A stretch of DNA of 64,000 nucleotides from the human T2T-CHM13v2.0 reference genome, Homo sapiens. Shown in pieces: positions 1 through 16,293 of this stretch (positions are counted from its first letter, which is position 1; every line of letters starts with the position of its first letter). The notes under the pieces were generated by a model. That model did not search any database and was not told the origin of the DNA. It saw only the letters and a program-made list of their open reading frames with translations. The stretch lies in NCBI RefSeq assembly GCF_009914755.1, contig NC_060927.1. One strand, given 5' to 3'. Both the position numbers and the translations under genes were made by a program.

Positions 1-300
1 CCTTTCTGCTCTCCTTCCCCGCGCAGTTCCGCGGTGGAACCTGGCTGCGCTGGGTTTTGAACGTGCGCTTTGCCCCTGTTCTCTGTGGGTGGGTGGCAGC
101 CCAAAGGCGACCCCAGGACCACCAGCCATCCTCGTGCCTCCCTGCAGGGCAGGGGCCAGACTTTCCACACCACTTCCTTCCTCCTATCCCATTCCCGCTC
201 CTTGGATACACTGACCGTAGGTCCCAGGGCCGTTCTACTCTAACACCCTTGTTGCCCCCCAGATTCAGAGACCTGCTTACACTCTGGTCCACACCCATGG
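1..300. promoter_or_regulatory. GC/CpG-enriched edge, probably the flank of a promoter CpG island lying left of the window (possibly DCLK3)
   Basis: Several CpGs in the first 140 bp (gcgcagttccgcggtgg, gctgcgc, acgtgcgc) against a CpG-depleted window. The gene assignment is inferred only from recalled synteny. Confidence 0.35.
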
Positions 301-1004
301 TCTCAAAGACTTAGGCTGCAAAACGTTCCTCCAGCCTAGTGGCTTCTTGGTACCATCTGAAGGCAGCTCGATGGCCCCTTGCTTTGTTGTACCTCTTCCC
401 AGCACCACACACCTGTTCCTCATATTTGCAGGTCCCTCAGGTCTGCAGTGCGGGGTCTGGGGACCCATATTCCCGGGTACTGACTCCCAGATCTCTCCTG
501 CGTCAGATAATAAATTCACTGGATCAGCCATACCCTTCTCTCCACAGGGCCGTTGACATGATTACAGAGTGGTCTGGCTTTTGCCTTTATCAATCAAGTC
601 ACAAAGTGGTCTTGTCTGTTGGGTCTGATGTTGCTGTTCTGTGAAATTGTTTATGCTCAACAGAACGCCAAGGCCGAGCTGATAGAACCAGACCAGCTCC
701 CAGATGGCAGGGGCTGTCTTTCTCTTTATCACACATAACAAGAAGCCTGGAAGAAGGCTCCTCTGTGTGTGTTCAGCTGCTCAGGGATGACGTTAAGGAC
801 TCAGTCTCTTTCCATGATTCCACATGGCCACCTTCAACATCTTGCCTTTTCTCCTCAGACTTGTTGCCTCAAGGTTCCAAAATGGCTGCAACAGCCATGC
901 CATGATGCTGCTGTGCAAAAAATAACTCCTGGTTCTAGCTGGTTTGTTGGCCAGGTACTCTGAAGTCATCATCAAGGACAGTTTTCAGCAATCCAGTTCA
1001 CCAA

Positions 1005-1215
1005 TGGTGAACACAACAAATGCCCTGCCTTCAAGTCACTCACCTTCTAGTAGGGGGAGACAGATAATAAAATACACAAGTATGGTGATAAATAGTATGA
1101 AGAAAAATGAACCAAGAAAAAGGGAATGTGATTATGTAAGTTGAGTGGTTGGGAAAGGTAACATTTGAGTAAAAACCCGAAGGAAGAACCTATTGGAAAT
1201 CTCTCTGGGAGACAA
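1005..1215 (-). mobile_element. LINE-2 3' fragment
   Basis: gtgaacacaac…tgccctgccttcaagtcactcaccttctagtagggggagacagataataaa resembles the antisense L2 3' region. Confidence 0.6.
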
Positions 1216-1956
1216 GTGTCCTTGAGATACTTACACACTTTCTTTTTAAAATCACTTACTTTTCTCTTTAACAGCCACTCTTCCTGGCCCTATCACCTAT
1301 ATTTTAGGAGAAAATAAAAGTTAAATAAACTGAGTTTTAGTAAAAAGGTTTAAGCTTTGTAAAGGAGAGATCAGATGACTTGTGTTTTCTTCCTTGCAAA
1401 AGCAGCAATCTCACAGTGTTTAATTATTGGCTGGATTATCATGATTTAAATACGAACTAGATATACACATATCAAGCAATCACAATGAACACCTTAAGTT
1501 ATCAGATTACTTCACAAGAGTGAGGGATATATCTTGTTGAATATTGGCAAAGAAATTGCTAATTGCCTACTCAACACCTATTTTCATTTCTGATCCGGTA
1601 TTTTAAAAAAAATGTTTTTTAGCTAAGCATACTACCACCTGCAATTTAAAAAAAATACATTTTCTAGCCTCCCTTGCAGCAAGGAGTGATGATATGAAAA
1701 GTTTCTGGCCAATGAAATATAATTGTAAGTGTTGTATTGGATTTTCAGTAGATGCCTTAAAGATGCTGATTTGGCTGACAGATGCACTCCTTTGTCCCTT
1801 TTCCTTCATCCTGGAATCCAGGTATAATGATGTGGTAGGTGAGATTATTAATTTCAGTTATTCACTCCATTCCTCAATTGAATTGGACAATCCACCCTTT
1901 ATGGTACTTGGAGTGTGTTTCCCTGTACCTTGACTTTAGGCTTGGCCATCTTTCTT

Positions 1957-4394
<2,438 letters not shown>

Positions 4395-5144
4395 GTGACC
4401 ATCGTTCTTACTTAGGCCAGTAGGATGTTATTGAACATAATGTGAACAGGGGGTTAGAAAGTACTCCCATGGTTTGGTTTGCCCGGGTATGCTTCTGCCA
4501 ATAGCCTAAATATCTGCTGGTCCGAGATAAATGTGGAGAAATATGATGCAGACCTAAACTTCAACAGGTAGCTAAGTTCGGCCAACCTGCAGCCTGAAGC
4601 AGACCTGTAGGAAGGAGACAAAAAAAAAATGCCCATTATTGTAAGCTACTGAGTTTTGGGCTGGTTTGTTACTCAGGATTATTGCAGCAAAAGTTAGCTA
4701 ACATGATGGTTGATGATGATTGAAGCCCCAGCAGCCTACTTAGGTCATGTGGTGGCCTTAAAAGTGGAAGCCAAGCCCTAAGGATCACTGAGCAGAAACG
4801 TAGAATAACCCGTAGTCCCTTGACATCATGAAGCCACCACACCACCCCAAAGTATTAAATTTGCACTTCCTTTTTAAGAGAGAATAAATCCCTATATGAT
4901 TAAGCTGCTATAGTAGGAGTCATCCCTTGTTATTACCTGTCAAATGATGATTTGTATCAATTCACTCAAAAAAGAAAACACTTTGTTTCACATTAAGAGA
5001 AACATTGAACACACACAGTATCAACATTTAAATGTAAAATAGAAGAAGAAAAGGACCATCATGCTTACAGTAAGCCACTTAACTAGGAACTCATTTAGCA
5101 TAGCTAAAAAGAATGGAACAATAGCCATTGTGGTCTAGCCAAGG

Positions 5145-5470
5145 TGTCAGGGCTATTTTGGTTGCAGGTGAGCAAAATTCACTCAAGCAGCTTATTTTAA
5201 GTGGCAGGGAGCACAGGGCATTTTAAAGATATCTGAAAAAATCTCAAACACATCCAAGAGCTGATTGGTGACCACCTCAGGACCTTACTCTCAAATGTCC
5301 CCCACAATAGCTGTTTCAGAATCCAGTTTCTCCAAGGAGAGAATATAGTTGGCCCAGACTATTTATTCTAACCAGGCCACTTAAATCATTAGCCAGCACT
5401 GGATTGGCTGCTTTGGGATGGGTGTTCATCCCTGGTCCAAACAATTGTGGCTCAGTGGGAAAGAAGATAG
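5145..5470 (-). mobile_element. Old MaLR LTR fragment (MLT1K-N class)
   Basis: tgtcagggctattttggttgcaggtg…cactcaagcagctta and attggctgctttggg…catccctggtccaa resemble antisense old MLT1. Confidence 0.45.
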
Positions 5471-5879
5471 AGGAAGAAGCATTGAATGACAGTCATTCTG
5501 AAGCTCTGCATGGGACATTTTAAGCCAGGAGGGGAAGTTACATATGGCAGGCAAATTGACTGGCATATCCAAGACACCCAGCAAGCTTTGTTGAGGAAAG
5601 AAAGAAAACGTTTCCAGGAATTCAAGCCTGGGTAGGATACCATTGTGTTTGTAGGAGTGGTTGGAGGAGAGAGCTAGACAAGAGGCATGATGAAGCCTCT
5701 AAGAAAAATGTCCCTACCTCATGGCATCAGCCAGGATGACTCCAGATTGAAATTCAAGAAAAGAGAAAAATTCTTAATTTTCTATAAATTGATATTCTAA
5801 CAAATTTGCAATGTGTTTCTTCACTCTTGTCATCATGTTGATAGAACATCTTTACGTGCCTCCCCACCCCAAGATGTCA

Positions 5880-6960
5880 CCATCTCTTTCCTTCCCTCCC
5901 CAGGTAAACTTCTTGAGAGATTACTTTATGTTCCCCAACTATACTCCCTAACCTCTGTTGAGCTCCTCAGACCAGCTACAATGTGACAAATTTCCCTATC
6001 TCTCCACATTGCTGCGTTAACTGGATTGCTAAAGACCTTTCATCTGCCAAACTCAGTAAACACAATTCAGTCTTATTTTATTTCATCTCACTGCAGCTGT
6101 GACCAGTCTTGAAACTCTCTCCTGTCCTGATCTTTATAGCACCAGTCATTTTTGATTCTACCTCTTTTTCCCAAGGCAACCATTTTTCCTGCTTTGTGGT
6201 TCTTCCTCCATTTGTCCTTACATGTTACCTCTCAGTTTTATTCTTGACTTTGCTAGACTCAACCTGGGTGATCTTATCTAATCCCTCAGCTGTAAATTCA
6301 GAGGGATCTCATCTCATCTCTCCCAAATCCAATTCAGTTGCCTACTAGAAAATTCCCATAGATCTCTCATAGCTACCCTTTACAATACAGCCAAAACAAA
6401 ACTCATCATCTTTCCCCCATATCTGTCCCTCCTACTGGATTCTCAGTCTTATATAACTTAGTTTCCCAAGCCACAAATCCAGGAATTACTGTCAACCCCA
6501 CATTCAGTCACCAAATCCTCTGTTTTCTACTCTTCCTTCCTACCTCCCCCCATTGCCTTGTTGAAACTCCCATTGCATCCCTCTAGACCACCCCAAGCAT
6601 CTCCTCTCTTACATTGCTGCATCCTCTCCATCCTTTTTTCCAGATTATCAGCCCTACTAGAGTCAAGGAAATCTTTCTCCATACTGATCTATATAATTAT
6701 GTAATTTCCCTGTTTAAAAATCCTCCAGTGGCCTTATGTCTCCTGAGAGTTAAAAGCTAGACTCCTTAGTAGGATCTTCAAGGCTTTTCCACCTCGAGTC
6801 CTATCTACCACTCAACCTTCATCTCCTGCCATTTTCCCACAGATACTCTGGGCTCCAGCTAGTACAAATTCCTTGCTTGATCTTGGCCACTATCTCTTCC
6901 ATACCCTGCTCCATACTCTGCCGCTGTGCAGCCCTCACTCAAGCATTACTTCCTCTAGGT
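5880..6960 (+). mobile_element. LINE-2 3' ORF2/3'UTR fragment
   Basis: Pyrimidine-rich L2 hallmarks: catctgccaaactcagt…cagtcttattttatttcatctcactgcagc, aaaactcatcatctttcccc, cattcagtcaccaaatcc, ccctgtttaaaaatcctccagtggc. Confidence 0.7.
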
Positions 6961-7868
6961 AAGTAAACTGCCAAGCCATGATTCAAGCTCATGATCTTCA
7001 CCATTAACTATTCTGTCCCCCTGCCCCACCACCACCACCAGCAGAAGGATGGGAAAATAGGGTGGGCCAATGTGCTTAAAATGTCTACATCATGGCCAAT
7101 CTGATCTCTCCCCAATGCTGACAACTGACCCAGACAGTGGTACATTCTCTCCAGCAGTGATTCTTACCTACCTTGAAGTCAGCCAAAATCTCTCAGTCTG
7201 GTTTGGCAGACTCTTCATGTTTGACTTGAGTTTACTCTAGTGAAAGGTTTCAAAAGGAAAAAGTCAAATCTCCTACCTGAGATAAAATGTGGGATTTCCT
7301 GTGGATATCACTGATCCATGTAATCTCTCTTCTTACTTTTTTTTCAGATAACTGTGTGTCAGCCTGTGTGTAGATGTGGTTTATGAAATATATCTAAAAA
7401 TGTTACCACTTTTCCTGGATGAAAGCTCCTGCTTTTAAACAAATCAGTTTATCTCCAGTGTCTGGTAAAGTTGCCATCTGGACCCTCCTGATGCCCACAA
7501 ATATGGCACTCCATGCTGTAAAAGCAAGAGGCAGATAATTGTTTCTGTATTATAGCAATAAAAACAAAATCCTTTGCAAAACTACTGATCAATTTTCAAA
7601 TGCAGAATAGTAATAAGAGGAAAGTCTGAAATATTCTCAAGTCCTTAAGTACAGTAATAGATTCAAGGCAAGATTTCAAGTATCATAGGATATTATAACA
7701 CTTTAAAAACTGCATAAGCATTTCTCAAAACACTTCCTATACTTAGACATACAGTTAGAAAACTGAACTGGACTTAAATATGAAAAAGCTAGACCATAGT
7801 ATAACAATATATGTGATCTCCATTGAATTACCAAGCCTGCCTTCAAAAAAAAAAAAAAAAAAGAAGAG

Positions 7869-8010
7869 GGCCAGGTATGGTGGCTGTCACCTGAAATCCT
7901 AGTGCTTTGAGAGGCCAAGGCAGGAGGATCACTTGAGGAGTTTGAGGCTACAGTGAGCTGTGATCCCGCCTGGGCAACAGAGGCTGTCTCTAAAACAAAA
8001 CACAAAACAA
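7869..8010 (+). mobile_element. Alu monomer (FAM/FRAM/AluJ-like, internally deleted)
   Basis: ggccaggtatggtggct…gaggccaaggcaggaggatcacttgag…gcctgggcaacagag…A-rich tail. Confidence 0.8.
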
Positions 8011-8369
8011 AGAAGAGATAATAAGTAAACAATAAGAATAAGGCATGTGTGCATACAAAGTTAAGAGTCATGCATATGTACATGCCCATTTTCAAAATAT
8101 ATATGTATGGTTCATGACTATATATGGGACACACTGAAACTGAAAGTGCTATGAAGAAATGTTTATCTTAGGGGCTCAAATTCTCTTATATAAAAATTCA
8201 AAATAAATTTATCTATGATTCAGTTGGCCTTGGACAAATTCTTTCTGTTCATCTTAATGTCAAAGGATAGGAAGTCACCTCAGATATGGGTGGTGTTCTC
8301 AACAACAGAGAGAAAGTGAACAGAGCTTTCCTGGTTCTTGAATTTAGCTTTAGGACTTGCTGCTCTAGG

Positions 8370-8470
8370 GCAGGGGTCTGCAAACTGTATGACCCTTGCA
8401 GCCAAATCTGGCTCACTGACAATTTTGAGAAATAAAGTTTTATTGGAATACAGTGCTCCTTATTTACTGG
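8370..8470 (+). mobile_element. MER58-type hAT MITE 5' fragment
   Basis: caggggtctgcaaact…gccaaatctggc…aaataaagttttattggaatacag. Confidence 0.7.
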
Positions 8471-8644
8471 AATGCCCACGCTTCTTCTACCACACCTTGC
8501 TGCCTGATCAGTTATTCATTTATTCATCAAATAAATAATTATTGAGGGCTTCAGGAGCATCTTCTATGTTCTAGATGCTATGCCAGGCACCAAGGACATA
8601 AAGATCATTAAAAATAATGGAGACTGACACCAGAGTAAGATCAA

Positions 8645-8931
8645 TTTTTTTTTTTTTTTTTTTGAGACAGGGTCTTACTCTGTCACCCAGGCTGGTAGCT
8701 CACTGCAACCTCGACCTTCTGGGCTCCAGCAATCCTTCCGCTTCAGCCTCCCAAGTAGCTTGTAGCACAGGTGCACACCACTGCACATAGCTAATTTTTG
8801 TATTTTTTGTAGATATAGGGTTCCATCACGGCGCTGCACAGGCCGGTCTTGGAATTCCTAGGCTCAAGCAATCTGCCTGCCTCCGCCTCCCAAAGTGCTG
8901 GGATTACAGGCATGAGCCACCATGCCCAGCC
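8645..8931 (-). mobile_element. AluJ-type element
   Basis: Poly-T, gagacagggtcttactctgtcacccaggctgg…gctcaagcaatctgcc…gggattacaggcatgagccaccatgcccagcc. Confidence 0.92.
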
Positions 8932-9009
8932 AGATAAATTTTAAATAAGATTGATGTGACCCCCACCCCAGAAATCCTTACCCACAAACTAATTAAAAAA
9001 TTAAGAATA

Positions 9010-9330
<321 letters not shown>

Positions 9331-10289
9331 TTATTCTATGATTTTATTTTTCTAAAAGATGTAGTGTTGATTAATTAGACTATAACCTTAAAGTATATGT
9401 GTGATATATAGAATGTTGATATGATATCAGAGAAGTTACCTGGCTCATAAAATTTAAGGCAATTTCTCAAGCCAATTTAGTTTTTATTTTATCTTTATTA
9501 TATTTTTAAATTCTGTTAGCCACCATACCAGACATAATTCCGGCGTCACATTGACATGGAACCCACAGATTGTGATTAGTCACACTCAGTCACTATGCTG
9601 TAGTCTCTAACTTGGATGTTATGACTTTTTAATATAATCTTGAGTAATCTTTTTTGCCTAAGTTTTAAAAATTGGAAGTTTGCCATCTTGACAGAGCATC
9701 TCAAATTTCCAACAGAGCTCTGTTTATTTAAGGGATGATTATATTATTATTTCCACTAAATTTTCACAGCCACATGAAGTCTTTTCTAGAAACCTGAAAG
9801 TAGTAAAGAAAATAGTATTATAAACATTGCAACTCTAAATAATGTTTTAAATGTACATAGTGAAGAAGATTCCAGTAGAAGTAGTAAATATTAATCTGTC
9901 TGTGCCAGAACAAGTGAATAATGCTAGAACTAATGTGTGATTTCACATAGTTATAAGATTTTGTTTTTGTTTTTGTTTTTTTTTAAAGCCAACTGGAAGT
10001 TCAACAGATAAGAAATAAAATCTGACAATCCCTGGATCAGCAGTCTCCTAACCCTGATCCTCAAGAGCTGTCTATCTTGAAACTCTGTCAAAAACTTGCA
10101 GGAAATCACCTATACTTTTTGTCATTTTTCAAACTAAGCACATTGACACAGCCATAGTTATAGACAATCCAATGACTTCCCCAACCCCCAGAATAAAGCA
10201 TGTGTTCCAGCATAAAACTGATAAATTAATAATTAATGGACAAAAAAAAAAAGACTAAAGCAATGGGTGCATCACTCCAAGTTATACTC

Positions 10290-11480
10290 CTCACAGCAAA
10301 AACAGAAGAAAGTATCCCATAAAACCAGTCACAACCATCATGAAAGAATCACGCGTGGAGAGAAAGCAGAAAATGCTATTGGCAAAAGTCCCCTGTGACT
10401 TCCAATGACAATATGGAGAGTCACATAAAATCAGTGGAATACAATAGGAAAGAGCAATCTGTATTATGAGTGTGTGTGACAGAAGTGACTTCAGCTTAGA
10501 TTTGAACGAAGCATTGCAAAATATAATCCTACACTTGACATGTATGCCACAGGTATAAGGGAGAAGTGCTGAATGACTTTTGTGCTCCACAAGAAAAGAT
10601 TGGGGTGTTGTGTTGTAAACTGGAAAATAAGTGTTAACATCAGGGCTGATGGAACATCAGCCACACAAAAAGCAAAAAAGAATATTCCTATACAGTTAAG
10701 AGTCTGCTCCTGCAGGCCCACCCATATACAGCTTTAGTGACAGAGAACAGTCAGTGGTCAAAAGTGTGACCTCTTGGCCATAGTATAATATCAAAGGAGC
10801 CAGTGAAAATCCTGGATCAAATCACAGCAAGTGTCTGCCTTCTCAGTTGCTCCAAGAAGAAATGGGCAACAAGAATAGCTCTGGTTTCCCCACACTCGAG
10901 TATGATTACAGTCAGAAGTGTGTTTACATAAACTATGGAGACAAAGATGAGCTTATAAAAATGGTGTTCCCATGCCATAAGAAAAGACTTCTTTTATGAT
11001 TCCAAGTGGCAAGTGTCAGTGATATATTCAGTATCTTAGAGAGGCTAAGCTTTTAACTTCAGGGCTAAAATATCACAGTTGTAAATATCAAAGATAAGTT
11101 ATCAGAATTTCATAAGGAGGTTGAGCTGTGGTGCAAATGAATCTATCACTGAGTAGAATTTTTTTTCTAACACTTTATATTCTCCATTCATCACAGAAAG
11201 AAGTCAATATCATATTATTGGGCATGTTTAAAAGTCACATTCAAACACCGTACCAGACCATGAAGAAATTCTTTCCCAGGCCAAATTAATCAAGTACAAG
11301 ATAAGGGAAGCAAGTAGTATTCTCTTCCAAAATCAAACATTCACCCTTCTGAACTCTGAGTGCAATGCAACTGTCGATCTAACAGACTTTGAGTGAGTGT
11401 GGTCTTCAGCAAGAAATTGCTCCATAACTTCTATGTGATAGTGCAATTCCAATATCCAAACGAAATAGCAGAGCTAGATC
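10290..11480 (+). mobile_element. Decayed hAT (Charlie/Buster-like) transposase coding fossil
   Basis: Manual translation gives colinear motifs: GEKAENAIGKSPVTSND (10357), FSLDLNE (10490; cf. FSLQLDES), VNWKISVNIRADGTSA (10615; cf. LDWKNCVGICTDGA), LQEEMG (10850), SDIFSILERLSF*LQG*NITVVNIKDKLSEFHKEVELW (11018). Many stops and frameshifts. Confidence 0.75.
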
Positions 11481-12629
11481 CTGGACCTGTGTCCTGAGTG
11501 CCTAAAAAGAGTAGGAAGAAAACAGCTAGTCAGATAGCCTGATCTGTTGCTCAAGCTGACAGATATAGATAGCTTAGAAAACAAAAAACAAAAAAAAATA
11601 TGTATACTCTTTTCCCTCTTGGTGCTGATCTATTTTATTTATTATCAGTCTTGATTTTAATATCATGCTTTGTAATATTTAAAAATTGTGATTATTTATT
11701 TAACTAAAGTTGGTAAATTGCTTGGTCCAAATCCCCATGAGTGGTTTAAATTGAAAAACAGAATAAATTCCTGAATAAGCATGTTAAAAAGAAAAACAAC
11801 TGAAGCACAGCTCTTTTTGCAATCTGAGAGCAAGGCAGTCATGGCTCCGTCTTAATATCCATTGTCTTTTGTATGAGTCCTTGTCTTTGTCTTTTACACT
11901 TGCATAGAATCTTCCTAGTTTGAAATTTCAAAAATTCTGCAAGTGTTGCATGAATCTTTAGACCATCCCACTTACACTGAGAGTGGGTGGAGAACATGAG
12001 ACCCAGGGAAATGAAACAGCCTCTTCTGTGTCAGAGAAGAGAATAAGGAAGAAAAAAAAATGTCCTAACTTTTTTCTGGTTCACTTTTAGTAATGTCGTT
12101 TTTCACAGTATTTTAGCAATAAGAAAATGTGGACAAACCCCCTTGAATTATACTTAAGTCAGAGAAGGTAGCAAATGTAGATTTTAAAGGGCTATTTTCA
12201 GGAAAGCATTTAAAAAGCACAATTATCTAACAAGCAAAACTGATAATTATGTAATTCCACAGCATTTGGCAAGATGATAACTTTTGTTTTAAAGAATGGG
12301 TAGGATTTACTTTATGCCTTTGTGCATACAGAACTTTGTGCCCCAGATCTCTAGAGATCTCTGGTGCAGAACAACAAGGTTATCGTCAATCAAATGTCTT
12401 GCAGAGATAGTCACTATTTATCTTAGTCTTTAGGAAAACAGAAGTTGAAGAGTGCAAAGTGAAATTGCTGGTAATGAAAATAGTCAAGGTATAGTTTAAA
12501 GAATATTTTCTCTGACAAATGAAAGCAAATGACACACAATCAGTGACAGAAGACTTGGTTCCCAGAAGAATGGTACCTCCTACACCTTGAATTTTAAGAA
12601 GGTATCACCTTGGTTCTTAGACAGAACCT

Positions 12630-12830
12630 CAATTATACAGCATCTATTATGTGCTAAGCTCTGTGTTGCTAGCTTTATTCGAATTGTCTTAGTTATTCTG
12701 ATCTTTGTGTAGAAATTGTTATGCCCATTTCAAAAATGAATCAGATGGAGTGAGTCCCCCAAAGCACACAGCTAATAACAAAGGTAGGTCTGCTTGACAC
12801 CAAAGTCTATGTTCATTTACTACACCATAC
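12630..12830 (-). mobile_element. MIR SINE
   Basis: ctattatgtgctaagctctgtg…atgcccattttcaaaaatgaa…cacacagctaataa. Confidence 0.6.
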
Positions 12831-12851
12831 TGTTGCAGGCTGGAATGCAAG

Positions 12852-13305
12852 TGTATTCGTTTTTGCTGTGTAATAACCCCAGAACTTAGTGACTTATAAT
12901 CAAAACCACTTACTTAGGTAATGAGTTGGTGTTAATGATTTAGGCAGGGCTCAGATGGGCAGTTCTTCATGTCTTGACTGTGTTCACTCACGCACCTGCA
13001 GTCAGCTGATAGGTTGGCTGGGGGTTGTCTGGTCTAAGACAGCCTTGGCTGGCAGACTTGCCTCTGCTCCATGCAGTCTCTAGTCATTTAACAGGTGAGC
13101 CCAAGCCTGAACACATGGTAGCTGGGCAGTATCCCAAGAGAACAAGCAGCAGTGTGTAAGACCATTTGAGATCTAGGCTCTGAATTAACACAACATCCTT
13201 TCCATCACATTCTATTGTCCAAAGCAAGTCTCAATTCTAGCTCAGATTTAAGTAGAAGATACAGACTTCACTTCTTGAAGAGAGGAACTGCAAACCACAT
13301 TGCAA
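12852..13305 (-). mobile_element. MLT1 (F/G/H class) MaLR LTR
   Basis: gctgtgtaataaccccagaacttagtgactta…gggctcagatgggcagttcttc…cacattctattgtccaaagcaagtc…gaggaactgcaaaccacattgca. Confidence 0.75.
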
Positions 13306-13324
13306 TTACCTCTGTGATTTTCTT

Positions 13325-13595
13325 CCTGAAACCCATGGTCTCTCTTTAACCATGAGAAAGCACCAGAGAAACCCAATTTGAGACATATTCTACAAGGTAC
13401 CTGCCAGTGCTCTTCAAAAGTGTCAAGGTCATGAAAGACAAAGAAAGCCTGAGGAACTGTTACAGATTGAAGGGGAAAACCAAGCAGACATGACAACTAA
13501 TGCAGCATAAGGTTATGAATTGAATCCTGAAACAGAAGGACACTGGTAGAAAGACTGGCTAAATCTAAACCAAGTCTATAGTTTTATTAAAAAAT
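13325..13595 (+). mobile_element. L1MC/MD 3'UTR fragment
   Basis: ctcttcaaaagtgtcaaggtcatgaaagacaaagaaagcctgaggaactgttacagattgaagg…gacatgacaactaa. Confidence 0.75.
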
Positions 13596-14285
13596 AAAGT
13601 GCCCTGGTTTGTATAAATTATAAGGTTACTTTACTCCTGTCTAACCGAAAGGAATGCTTTCCACATTACATTTTTAAGCATGATATTTGCTGTAGTTTTA
13701 ATTGATGACATTTATTGAGGTTAAATAAATTCCTGTCTATTCTTAGTTTGCTAAGAGCTTTGCATAATAAATTTATGTTGATTTTTAGTAAATTTTTTTC
13801 TTTATCTGCTGGAACAATCATATGGTTTTCATCCCTTGATATGGTAATAATTAACCATATGTCAATGTATGTAATTGGTTTTCTGGAATTAAAACAATCT
13901 TATGTTCTTAGAGTAACCGAACTGGATTATAATTTATTGTGGTTTTCATGCATTGCTGAATTTGGTTTGATAATATTTTCTTTAGGATGTTTGAATCTCT
14001 ATTTATGAGTAAAAGTGGTCTATAATTTACCTTACTCATCCTCTCCTTTTATATTAAGTTTTTAATATGTTGAGATTTTTATATCAAATTTATGACAGGC
14101 TGCTTCTTAAAATAAACTATTACATTTTCTTATATTGTTTGGAACAGTAAATTTAAGATTAAAATTAGTTGTTCTATGTTTTATAAAACTTACCTGTAAA
14201 GCCGTCTGGGCCTAGTATTTTCTTAGTGGGAAGATTTCGAACACCTGATTCAATTTATTATGTCACTATAAGACTACTCAGTTCA

Positions 14286-14572
14286 AGCAATTTGGAAGGC
14301 TGAGGAGGGCGGATCACTTGAGGTCAGGAGTTCGAGACCAGCCTGACCAACATGGCAAAACCCCATCTCTACTAAAAATACAAAACTTAGCTGGGCATGG
14401 TGGTTCACGGCTGTAATCCCAGCTACTCGGGAGGCTGAGGCAGGAGAATCACTTGAACCCTGGAGGCATAGGTTGCAGATCAATGCAAGGTCACACCACC
14501 ACACTCCAGCCTGGGCAACAGAGGGAGACTTCATCTCAAAACAAAACAAAAGAAAACAAACAAACAAACAAA
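14286..14572 (+). mobile_element. AluS, slightly 5'-truncated
   Basis: gcaatttggaaggctgagg…gaggtcaggagttcgagaccagcc…(A/C)-rich tail; imperfect TSD aagactactcag/aaaactattcag. Confidence 0.92.
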
Positions 14573-14793
14573 AAACTATTCAGACTCTCTGGTTCTTCTA
14601 GAGTTGATTTTCACAAGCTATGTGTCTCCAAGAATTCTCTCATTCATCTAAATTTTAAATTTTATTGACGAAAAGTAATTCATAATGTCCTTTTAGTTTC
14701 TGTTTAATTTCTGCAGCACAATAATCTATTGATTATTGAGAGTTATATTTTTAATGTCTCACTGTAATAGATTTGCCTACTTTTCCTTATTGA

Positions 14794-15172
<379 letters not shown>

Positions 15173-15864
15173 TAGCTGCATACAAGTTTTAAAGGATTGT
15201 TTTCCTAGTGAATTATACATTTTGCCATTACATAGTGGCTCCTTTTATCTGTGATAGTGCTTTTAATTTAAAGTGTATTTTTGCCTGATATTAACACACC
15301 TATTACAGCTTTCTTTTGATCAATATTTGCTTTTTACTATCCTTGACTTTAAATTTCTCTATGTTCCTATGTTTCAAAGTTTATTATAAATATCAGACAG
15401 CCAAGTTTTGAGATTTTTATTTGATCTGAAAATCTTTTAAACTATAAAATACACTGTGTTTCCTCTTATATTTAAATCTATTTCCACTTTCTCATTATGT
15501 GTTTTCTACTTGTCCCATTTTAAGTTTATTTTTCCCTCCTTTCTTGCTCTATTTGGATTGATGTCTTCTTTTTTTTCTTTTTCTTATTCCATTTTCTCTG
15601 TACTTGTTTGTGAGTTATGGGCTTTATGCTTACACTTAAAGCTTATACTTTAGTATTTTCAAGTTATCCTTATAACTTGAATATGCATGCATTTTTAACA
15701 GCCTAAATTTAATCAATACTTTACCTTTCTCCTGATTAATATAAAGAATTTAGACTGCTTTAACTCTGATCAACCGCTTTTGGCTTACATTGTTTTCCAG
15801 TATTTTAGTTATAGCCTATTGTCCCTATGATTTAGTCAATATTGTTATTTTACACGGTCACATC

Positions 15865-15909
<45 letters not shown>

Positions 15910-16245
15910 GATAGATAGATGATAGACAGATAGATGATAGATAGATAGATAGATAGATAGATGATAGATAGATGATAGATAGATGATAGATAGATGATAG
16001 ATAATAGATAGATAGATGATAGATAGATAGATAGATGATAGATAGAAAATAGATAGATGATAGATAGATAGATAGATAGATGATAGATAGATAATAGGTA
16101 GATAGATGATAGATAGATTGATAGATAGATAATAGATAGATAGATGATAGATAGATAGATAATAGATAGATAGATGATAGATAGATAATAGATAGATGAC
16201 AGATGATAGATAATAGATAGATAGATGATAGATAGATGATAGATG

Positions 16246-16293
<48 letters not shown>
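15865..16293 (+). repeat. Complex (GATA)n/(GAT)/(GATAA) microsatellite, ~430 bp
   Basis: Directly visible; pure GATA runs at both ends with an interrupted core. Confidence 0.98.
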
